NCBI RefSeq assembly: GCF_000014785.1
Contig: NC_008340.1
Coordinates: 90,001-122,000 of the forward strand
Direction of reading: 5' to 3'
Source: Alkalilimnicola ehrlichii MLHE-1
GTDB lineage: Bacteria; Pseudomonadota; Gammaproteobacteria; Nitrococcales; Halorhodospiraceae
DNA: 32,000 nt
Shown here: one piece after another, positions 18,329 to 25,126 of the stretch
Numbering within the stretch: position 1 is the stretch's first letter
How the letters are laid out: every line of letters starts with the position of its first letter
Position numbers and translations under genes: made by a program
The notes under the pieces: generated by a model
What the model was told of the DNA's origin: nothing
The model's input: the letters and a program-made list of their open reading frames with translations, nothing else
The model's database searches: none

Positions 18329-19117
18329 TCAGGTGGAGAAGTGCGCCATTAGCTTCCGTGGCAGGGATTGCACGAAGGCGTCGTCCACCCGCCCTGACAG
18401 GTAATCCAAGGGCACCTGTTTGCCTTTACTCTGGCAGTAGCGGATCACTTCTGTTGCCACTGCCCGCACGGCCAATACGTCCTCATCTCCGCGCCGTGCC
18501 TGTCCTCCGAAATAGGCTACAAGGAAGTCATAGCGACGGTCTGTGGTGAAGGGCAGAATCTGGCGCCAGAGGTCGTAAAGATCGGAGCGGTACAACAGGC
18601 CGGCGCGAAACGCGCGGTGTAGCCGCCGAAACCAAAAGAGCGCCTCGTGCAGTGTGGCGCTATCGACCAGCACCCCGTCCTCCGATACGGCCACATGCCG
18701 CTTGCCTCGGCTCCAGTCATACCGAATGGTGTCAGGGGCCAGCCAACATACCTCCCGGGTCATCGCCACCACGAAACTGTATGCCCGGTTGCCATGGAAG
18801 CGTTCCCGTCCTTCGGGAAACCAGACGCTGGCCTCGCTTGATATCCGGCTGTGGTCGGCCTCCAGGTCATGGAGCAGCCGCTGGCGTTCGATCTCCCTTG
18901 TCACCTGCGCCGACTTGGCCTGGTGGCGGCTGACCAGCGCATAAGCCACCACTGCCACCACCAGCCCGCCGGCGACAGATAAAAGGATATTGGTTACGAA
19001 AAGGCTGACCTGAACCGAGATCTCGGAGAGGGTGCCTGGGTCCAGTTCCTGGTAAACCTCCTCGGAGATCGCGTCCATCACGATCCGCTCTACGTACTGG
19101 CGTATCCACTCGCGCAT
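18329..19117 (-). CDS. hypothetical single-pass membrane protein (262 aa)
   Basis: GAGGGG SD 6 nt upstream of the ATG. One TM helix (VSLFVTNILLSVAGGLVVAVVAYALV). I recognise no family. It starts 37 nt downstream of manC on the same strand, and its GC is lower than the housekeeping genes. Confidence 0.6.
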   Translation of the reverse strand: MREWIRQYVERIVMDAISEEVYQELDPGTLSEISVQVSLFVTNILLSVAGGLVVAVVAYALVSRHQAKSAQVTREIERQRLLHDLEADHSRISSEASVWFPEGRERFHGNRAYSFVVAMTREVCWLAPDTIRYDWSRGKRHVAVSEDGVLVDSATLHEALFWFRRLHRAFRAGLLYRSDLYDLWRQILPFTTDRRYDFLVAYFGGQARRGDEDVLAVRAVATEVIRYCQSKGKQVPLDYLSGRVDDAFVQSLPRKLMAHFST

Positions 19118-19154
19118 GAGGCGCCCCTCGGTAGATGCTCATCATGAAAAACGT

Positions 19155-20594
19155 CTAACGCCGGCCGTAGGTGTCCTCGAAGCGGACGATGTCGTCTTCC
19201 TGCAGATAGGGCCCGGTCTGGATCTCGATGATCTGCAGCGGGATTCGGCCCGGGTTCTCCAGCCGGTGCGGGCGGGTCTTGGGGATGTAGGTGGACTGGT
19301 TCTCCTCCAGGTAGATGGTCTCCTCGCCGTTGACGATGCGCGCGGTGCCGGCGATGACCACCCAGTGCTCGGAGCGGTGGTAGTGCATCTGCAGTGACAG
19401 CTGCCCGCCGGGTTTCACCACGATGCGCTTGATCTTGTACCGGTGGCCCTCCTCCAGGGTGGTGTAGCTGCCCCAGGGGCGGGCCACGGTGAGGTGGGTC
19501 TCGGTGAGCTCGCGGTGCTCCTCGCGCACCCGCGCGACCATCTGCTTGAGCTCGGCCAGTCGGCTGCGCGGGCAGACCAGGGTGGCGTCCCGGGTCTGCA
19601 CCAGGGCCAGATCCTCAACCCCGTAGGCGGCGATCAGGCCGCTGTCGTCGCTCCAGAGCAGGTTGTTGCGGCTGTCCTCGGCCAGTACCGTGCCCTGACA
19701 GACGTTGCCGTCCGGGTCCTTGCTGCGTTGCTGATAAAGCGCCTCCCAACTGCCCAGGTCATTCCAGCCCAGCTCCGCCGGCACCACCGCCACCCGGTCG
19801 GCGTGCTCCACCAGCCCGTAGTCGATAGAGGTGTTGGGCAGTTCGGCGTAGGCCTCGGCGGTGGGGGGCGCCCCGGCGGCGGCCATGGCGGTGACCGCCT
19901 CGGCCAGGGCCGGCTGGTGGCGGGCCAGCAGATCCATGAACCGGTCCGCGCGGAAGACGAACATGCCGCCGTTCCAGTAGTAGCCCCCCTCCTCCAAGAA
20001 GCGCTCGGCCGTGGCCCGGTCCGGCTTTTCCACGAAGCGGCTGACCTCTTCCACGCCCTCCATCAGCGGGCGGGCGGCCTGGATGTAGCCGTAACCGGTG
20101 GCCGGCTCGGTGGGGCGGATGCCGAACAGCACCAAGTGGCCCGCTTCGGCGGCGGGTTCCGCCGCCCGCCAGGCGCGGTGGAAGTCCTCGACCCGGTTGA
20201 TGACATGGTCCGATGAGAACACCCCCACCACGGCCTCCGGGTCGTGCCGCACGATAGCCGCCACCGCCCAGGCGATGGCGGGCAGGGTGTTGCGCCCGGC
20301 GGGCTCCGCGAGCACCTGATCTGCCAGTGCCGGGGCCACGGCGTGCAACTGGCCCATGACCTCGAAACGATGGTCCTGGTGGGTCACGGTGGTCACCCGG
20401 TCCGCGCTCACCAGGGGCAGCAGACGGCGGGCGGTCTGCTGGAGCAGCGACTCGTCGCCGTCCAGCGCCAGCAACTGCTTGGGCATGGTGCTGCGCGAGA
20501 GCGGCCAGAGCCGGGTGCCGGAGCCGCCGGCGAGGATGATGGCGTGGCGGTGGACCGGCGGTTGGTCGTCGGCGGGGCTGTGCAGCGTGTTCAT
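19155..20594 (-). CDS. manC: mannose-1-phosphate guanylyltransferase / mannose-6-phosphate isomerase (type II PMI-GMP)
   Basis: In-frame ATG 20594 (MNTLHSPADDQPPVHRHAIILAGGSGTRLWPLSR...). Nucleotidyltransferase G-loop and C-terminal cupin (RPWGSYTTL...SLQMHYHRSEHWVV). The track ORF extends to 20798 but overlaps the upstream gene. Confidence 0.92.
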   Translation of the reverse strand: MNTLHSPADDQPPVHRHAIILAGGSGTRLWPLSRSTMPKQLLALDGDESLLQQTARRLLPLVSADRVTTVTHQDHRFEVMGQLHAVAPALADQVLAEPAGRNTLPAIAWAVAAIVRHDPEAVVGVFSSDHVINRVEDFHRAWRAAEPAAEAGHLVLFGIRPTEPATGYGYIQAARPLMEGVEEVSRFVEKPDRATAERFLEEGGYYWNGGMFVFRADRFMDLLARHQPALAEAVTAMAAAGAPPTAEAYAELPNTSIDYGLVEHADRVAVVPAELGWNDLGSWEALYQQRSKDPDGNVCQGTVLAEDSRNNLLWSDDSGLIAAYGVEDLALVQTRDATLVCPRSRLAELKQMVARVREEHRELTETHLTVARPWGSYTTLEEGHRYKIKRIVVKPGGQLSLQMHYHRSEHWVVIAGTARIVNGEETIYLEENQSTYIPKTRPHRLENPGRIPLQIIEIQTGPYLQEDDIVRFEDTYGRR

Positions 20595-20647
20595 GGGCTC
20601 CAGGTCCTCAGGGCATCGGCCGGTTTGATCCGGTGCGTCCGGCGGCG

Positions 20648-21748
20648 CTAGGCGTGGGCCTCGGGGGCCGCCATTCGTCTCTTGATGGCCTTGCGGGTGA
20701 GGTGGGGTACCAGCAGGCGCAAGGGCATGCGCAGGTAGTGCGACCTTACGTAAAGTATCCATCGGCAGGTCGGGGAAAGCCAATCGTCGCATTGCCAATG
20801 GTGGGGCGCGAGGCCGCGCCGGAACAGCCCGTCCATGAGCGGGCGCAGTGGCACGCCCGGGCCGGCTGCGGCGAGCCCCTCGTTGACGGTCGCCGGCACC
20901 GGGGTGTTCAGAAAGTGGGCCGCATACCGCAGGCCGTAGAACAGCGGGCGCGCCAGGTCCATCTCATGGGCCCGGTCCACCAGCGCGGGCCAGAAGCCGT
21001 CGACGTGGCGGTGGAAATGGCGGACCAGGTCATCCAGATCGACCAGATCCCGCAGGCCGTTCTCCAACTCGCCGTCGTGGAAGAGGTGGGTCGCGCTGTG
21101 CAGCACCATGTCGGTGGGGGCCAGCACATAGAGGTTTTGCCAGCCCGGGAGCGGCGTGGCGGCGGCGAATAGCTTGTCCGGGTCCGGGTGCAATCTCGCC
21201 GTCGGCGGCAGGACGGTGTGGTGGACGTCCAGCACGCTCTTTCGCCGGATGTGGGTCAGCGGGGGCAGTTCATGCATCCAGCGCCGGTAGTAGGTCTGGT
21301 CGTATTCGTCGTGGCCCTGCGCCAGCCAGCCGCGGGTGAACAGGACGTGTTCGGTGGTCGCCAGTGCCGGGCGTGGGACCATGATGTCCAGGTCCGCGAA
21401 CAGCCGGCCGCGGGCGCTGGGCAGGCCGGCCATCAGGTAGGCCGCCCCCTTGAGAATCACCACCGGCGCCTTGCGCGCGGCCAGCGCCTCATGGACCTGT
21501 TCCACCTCCCAGCGCATCCGGTGGTGTTGTTCGGCGGCTACCCGGCCCGCCGCCTCCAGGTGGCGCCGCGGTCGGGCGGGCACCCGGTCGAACAGATCCC
21601 GCTCCTGTAACAGCGCGTGCAGGCGTGCCTCCAGTGAGGCGACCCGGGCCACCCGCAGCAGGGCGTCCCAATCGCCCAGGCGCAGTTCGCCGACGGAGGC
21701 GGGGTCGGTCAGTGCGGTCAGCAGGTGCTCCAGCGGGCGCGGCATCAT
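20648..21748 (-). CDS. NTP_transf_5-type 'uncharacterised nucleotidyltransferase' family protein
   Basis: 366 aa with VVILKGAAY...GRLFADLDIMV (NTase GS...DxD-like core) and a helical C-terminal region. Its start ATGATG overlaps the stop of the upstream kinase-like gene (ATGA). Confidence 0.8.
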   Translation of the reverse strand: MMPRPLEHLLTALTDPASVGELRLGDWDALLRVARVASLEARLHALLQERDLFDRVPARPRRHLEAAGRVAAEQHHRMRWEVEQVHEALAARKAPVVILKGAAYLMAGLPSARGRLFADLDIMVPRPALATTEHVLFTRGWLAQGHDEYDQTYYRRWMHELPPLTHIRRKSVLDVHHTVLPPTARLHPDPDKLFAAATPLPGWQNLYVLAPTDMVLHSATHLFHDGELENGLRDLVDLDDLVRHFHRHVDGFWPALVDRAHEMDLARPLFYGLRYAAHFLNTPVPATVNEGLAAAGPGVPLRPLMDGLFRRGLAPHHWQCDDWLSPTCRWILYVRSHYLRMPLRLLVPHLTRKAIKRRMAAPEAHA

Positions 21749-22650
21749 GGGGCGTCCGTCAACGCGGTCAGGGCGTGCAGGCTCCGGTCCAGATCAGCGT
21801 AGTCCAACTCGAAGCAGGCGCAGCGGTCGATCAGGTCCGCGGCCGCCTCGAAGCCCTGGCCGCCCAGCACGCTGTAGTTGAAGGCCGCGTCGGCCAGGGT
21901 GAGCAGTGAATGGGCCTTGGGCATCGGCCTCAGGGCGTCCTTGCCCTCCGGTGCGAACCGCGGAAAGACCAGCCAGGCCGGCTGGGCGGGGACCTGGCTG
22001 CGGGCGATGCTCTCCTCCGGGGGCTTCAGGTGGGCCACCGTCCCTTTGGTCGTGTCGTGGGTGGACCGGCCCAGCACCGCCTGCGGAAAGCGTTCGCGTA
22101 TCAGTGGGATGGCCTGGTTCTTCAGGCTGACCGGGCGTGGCAGGGGGCTGAGCATGCCGTCCTCCAGGGACAGGAGGGCAAACTCGTCCGACAGCAGCCG
22201 CCAGCCCGACAGCGCCAGTGCGGCGGCCAGCGTGCTCTTGCCCGCCCCCGGGGCGCCCGGGAGGATCAGCGCCCGGTCGTCCCGGGCGACGACAGCGGCG
22301 TGGATCATCAGGTAGTGGTGGCCGTGCTGGGCGATGCACCAATTCAGGCCCCATTCGAACAGCGGAAAGGCCTGGGCGAGGGGCAGCGGCTTGAAGGGGG
22401 AGCTGCCGTCCAGATAAAAGCGGGCCTGGGGCCGCCAGACGCCGCGCACCCCCGGGGCCCGGTCCAGGCGCACGTGAAAGTCGCAAAAGGGCGTGTCCGC
22501 CGGCAGGAGCTGCTCCGCATAGTGCAGCCCGATACTCTCGGCCATGGCCGGCAGCCGGGAACGCAGTCGCACGATAAAGGGGCCGATCTCCAGGGCCGCG
22601 CCCTGCGCGCGCAGCATATGGGGCAGATCGGGGGCAACGGCACCGGGCAC
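21745..22650 (-). CDS. HprK-related P-loop kinase ('HprK-related kinase A' type)
   Basis: Central LILPGAPGAGKSTLAAALALSGWRLLSDEF resembles the HPr kinase/phosphorylase C-terminal P-loop. GTG start 22650 lies 3 nt after the PqqD-like stop. An ATG 11 codons downstream is an alternative start. Confidence 0.8.
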   Translation of the reverse strand: MPGAVAPDLPHMLRAQGAALEIGPFIVRLRSRLPAMAESIGLHYAEQLLPADTPFCDFHVRLDRAPGVRGVWRPQARFYLDGSSPFKPLPLAQAFPLFEWGLNWCIAQHGHHYLMIHAAVVARDDRALILPGAPGAGKSTLAAALALSGWRLLSDEFALLSLEDGMLSPLPRPVSLKNQAIPLIRERFPQAVLGRSTHDTTKGTVAHLKPPEESIARSQVPAQPAWLVFPRFAPEGKDALRPMPKAHSLLTLADAAFNYSVLGGQGFEAAADLIDRCACFELDYADLDRSLHALTALTDAP

Positions 22651-22653
22651 GGG

Positions 22654-22965
22654 TTATTTCCGCTCCTTCACCAACTGCCGGCGGCGCAGCTCGGCGAGAA
22701 GCTGCTCGGTAAAGGCCTCCGCATCGGCCACGTCCTGGCCCCAGTCCCGGTCACATTTCTCGATGAGTTCCATCTCTGTCCTCGGTGCCTGGTGCAGCCA
22801 TTGGAAGAGCGCGCCCGCCGCCCCCTCCAGCAAGTGGGTCTCGCCGGAGCGGTGGTCGTAGACCACCCAACGTTGTTCCCATTGACGGATGTGTGCCGCC
22901 GGCAGGGTAGCGGCCTGCCAACAGCGTTGGGTCGTTGCAGGGTTGGGGTCAGGGGCTGATGCCAC
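22654..22965 (-). CDS. PqqD-family (RiPP-recognition-element-like) small protein
   Basis: 103 aa. W..RWVVYDHRSGETHLLEGAAGALFQWL...ELIEK...FTEQLLAELRRRQLV matches the PqqD winged-helix pattern. GTG start with GAGG 7 nt upstream. Confidence 0.75.
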   Translation of the reverse strand: MASAPDPNPATTQRCWQAATLPAAHIRQWEQRWVVYDHRSGETHLLEGAAGALFQWLHQAPRTEMELIEKCDRDWGQDVADAEAFTEQLLAELRRRQLVKERK

Positions 22966-22986
22966 TCCGTTGCCTCACGCCAAGTC

Positions 22987-23006
22987 GCCCCGCTGAACAG
23001 CGGGGC
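22987..23006 (-). promoter_or_regulatory. intercistronic GC-rich stem-loop (gccccgct-gaac-agcggggc), no U-tract
   Basis: An 8-9 bp perfect palindrome in the 84-nt gap between the Cys-rich gene stop (23050) and the PqqD-like start (22965). It could be an attenuator or an mRNA-stability element. Confidence 0.5.
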
Positions 23007-23049
23007 TACGGTTGGATCGGTGCGTCAATCTGGCCGTGGCCGGGGGACC

Positions 23050-23814
23050 TCAATCGTCCTCTCCGTCCGGGTCACTCTCATCGTAGTACGATTGCGACGT
23101 CTGTACCGGAATGCACTGGCCCAGCTCGTTCTTGGTGTAGCCATCCTCGCAGTCACCCCAACGATCGATGGGGCAGCCGCGGTTGTTCATGTTGTCGAAG
23201 ACATCCTTGACCAGCTCCGGATCGGTATCCGCATCCTCGCGGGCCATGTAATAGGCTTCCTTGACGTCCTCGACCGTGGCCCCGTAATCGACCGAATTGC
23301 AGGCGGCATTCAACAGGGCTCCGACGGCGTGCCAGTCCAGCGAACCCTTGCAGCCTCCTTGGCCTCCGCTTTGCAGCACCTCCATCAGGGTGGCATAGGA
23401 GGGGGCGCAGGTGGGCCCGGTATGGAAGACGTCCGAGAAGCGGGTGCCGGCGCCAAAGGCATCCCAGACGGCGCAGGTGCCGTCCTCGTTCCGCTCGATG
23501 CACTGCCCGGGGTCGTAGCCGGTGCAACCCCACGCCTCGGTGTTGTTCTTCCAGAACCCCGGTGTGCAGCCCTGGCCGGTGGTGCATTCGTGGTCGATGT
23601 TGGAGACATTGGCGGAGAAGATCTCGCCGGACAGCGAGCACCGGCCCTGCGAGCCCCAGACGGGCCGGGCGGACAGAGAGAGGACCAGCGGCGCGGCCAG
23701 GCCGGCCTGGGTCAAGCGCCGGCGCGCCTTGTTCGGACGCTCGCCGGCGCAACCGCATCCCGCCTTGGGCGGGCCCTGGTCCTGGTTGGTGGAATCGTCC
23801 TTCCGCTTGCCCAT
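23050..23814 (-). CDS. exported cysteine-rich protein of unknown function (254 aa, 14 Cys)
   Basis: Strong GC3 coding bias. Polar N-terminal extension MGKRKDDSTNQDQGPPKAGCGCAGERPNKA, then a Tat/Sec-like signal RRRLTQAGLAAPLVLSLSARPVWG. The mature part has 12 Cys (for example GCTPGFWKNN, WGCTGYDPGQC) and an acidic tail YYDESDPDGEDD. Confidence 0.75.
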   Translation of the reverse strand: MGKRKDDSTNQDQGPPKAGCGCAGERPNKARRRLTQAGLAAPLVLSLSARPVWGSQGRCSLSGEIFSANVSNIDHECTTGQGCTPGFWKNNTEAWGCTGYDPGQCIERNEDGTCAVWDAFGAGTRFSDVFHTGPTCAPSYATLMEVLQSGGQGGCKGSLDWHAVGALLNAACNSVDYGATVEDVKEAYYMAREDADTDPELVKDVFDNMNNRGCPIDRWGDCEDGYTKNELGQCIPVQTSQSYYDESDPDGEDD

Positions 23815-23938
23815 TGCTGTCTAACTCCGCGCAATACACGCTGTCTTTAAGCCACCGGAGGCGCCCCGGATGTCGCGGGTGCGCGATTCGGGTAAGGCGG
23901 TTGTGGCTGACACCCGCATCCCATTGTGTACTATCTCT

Positions 23939-23954
23939 TGCAAAATCCGCGCCA
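23939..23954 (-). promoter_or_regulatory. candidate sigma-54 (RpoN) -24/-12 promoter TGGCGCGGATTTTGCA (minus strand)
   Basis: The reverse complement of 23939-23954 matches TGGCACG-N4-TTGCA at 15 of the 12+4 positions that matter, with exact GG-N10-GC spacing. It lies about 125 nt upstream of the Cys-rich gene ATG, in a 330-nt non-coding gap. Confidence 0.6.
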
Positions 23955-24144
23955 AACATGCGCGATTAGCTAACCGGTTGAGCCACAGCCTAAAGTTCTC
24001 CCGATGCCCCGGGTCTCATCCCTGGAGCCGCCGGGGTTGTAAAGCCCGCTGACAGCTGCCGGGGTGGAGGCGAGGACTCCTTATCTGGCCACTAGCGCCA
24101 GTATAGGTGCTTTGCGCCAGGTGTTGTCCAGATTTACTAATGCC

Positions 24145-24888
24145 CTATTCATTGAGGGGACGGTGCGCGCGCAGGATAAAGGAGTGGCTCAAGCGCGCAC
24201 CCACCGTCGGGATCTTTTCCATCACCCGCCGGGTGCCGGTCCATTCAGCGACCCCCTGCAGCGGTGCCAGCCGCCCTGGCAGCAGCGGCAGCCAGTGCAG
24301 GTGCAGGGGCTCCAGACCCGCCACCCGGGCGGCTTCAAGGAACTCATCGGGGCGGTCGTAGCGCAGATGCGGCGGTGCCCCCGCTCGTTGCCGGCGGTAC
24401 TCGCGCCAGGCCGTGGGCAGGCAGCGGGCATTGAGGGCGTCGACCCATACCTCGCCGCCGGGTTTCAGCACCCGGTGCATCTCGGCCAGGGCCTCATCCG
24501 GGCGGGCCAGTGCCTGCATCACGCCAAAACAGAGCACGCCATCGGCCACGCCATCGGCCAACGGCAGTTGGCGGATGTTCGCCGCCAGCCAGGGGATACC
24601 CGCCGGGCTGCGCGCCCGGGCCTTGTGTAGGGAGGGGGCCGAGTAGTCCAGTCCCGCCACTTGGTGGCCCTCGGCGTGCAACAACCGGGTGTAGGTCCCT
24701 GCGCCACAGCCGATATCCAGCCAGCGTCCGGGGGCGCGCGCGCTCATCGACCAGAGGGTGCGGAACTGGCGCACCCGCCCGGCGAGCCCGGTCGGCGTCC
24801 AGCCGGCAATACCGGCGTCGTCGTCCAATTGCGCACCCCGCTGTGCGAAGCGGCGGCGCCAACGCTGTTCAAAACTGGAATCGCGCAA
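24145..24888 (-). CDS. class I SAM-dependent methyltransferase
   Basis: Motif I WLDIGCGAGTY, post-I AGLDYS, and LKPGGEVWV. The only upstream start in frame is TTG 24888, so the start is uncertain. Confidence 0.85.
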   Translation of the reverse strand: MRDSSFEQRWRRRFAQRGAQLDDDAGIAGWTPTGLAGRVRQFRTLWSMSARAPGRWLDIGCGAGTYTRLLHAEGHQVAGLDYSAPSLHKARARSPAGIPWLAANIRQLPLADGVADGVLCFGVMQALARPDEALAEMHRVLKPGGEVWVDALNARCLPTAWREYRRQRAGAPPHLRYDRPDEFLEAARVAGLEPLHLHWLPLLPGRLAPLQGVAEWTGTRRVMEKIPTVGARLSHSFILRAHRPLNE

Positions 24889-25126
24889 GATCTCGGGGGT
24901 CCCTGCTGCCGGATGACGATGGGGTGTAGGTGAACTTTACAGTCTGTACAGTCTGTGCCGGCGCACGTTGCCTGCCCGCCGCACATCGGCCGCTAACAGC
25001 ATAAACCACTGGCCTGTCTTTGCCGTGTCTGGGGGGCTGCCGCCCGTGTTCCCCCTCCGCTGCTGGCCAGGCGCCGATCATGAACAATACTGCGAGCATC
25101 CACCACAACCTGATGGAGGCAGTGCC

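Noticed and set aside
21910-22959. 349-aa plus-strand ORF
   Set aside because: It is antisense to the HprK-like and PqqD-like genes. High-GC shadow ORF.
23870-24052. 60-aa plus-strand ORF in the 330-nt gap upstream of the Cys-rich gene, considered as a possible precursor peptide
   Set aside because: It is on the opposite strand to the operon, overlaps the sigma-54 promoter, has no SD, and gives a basic low-complexity translation.
25010-25024. Sigma-54-like TGGCCTGTCTTTGCC upstream of the beta-helix gene
   Set aside because: The GG to GC spacing is one nucleotide short of the invariant -24/-12 geometry.
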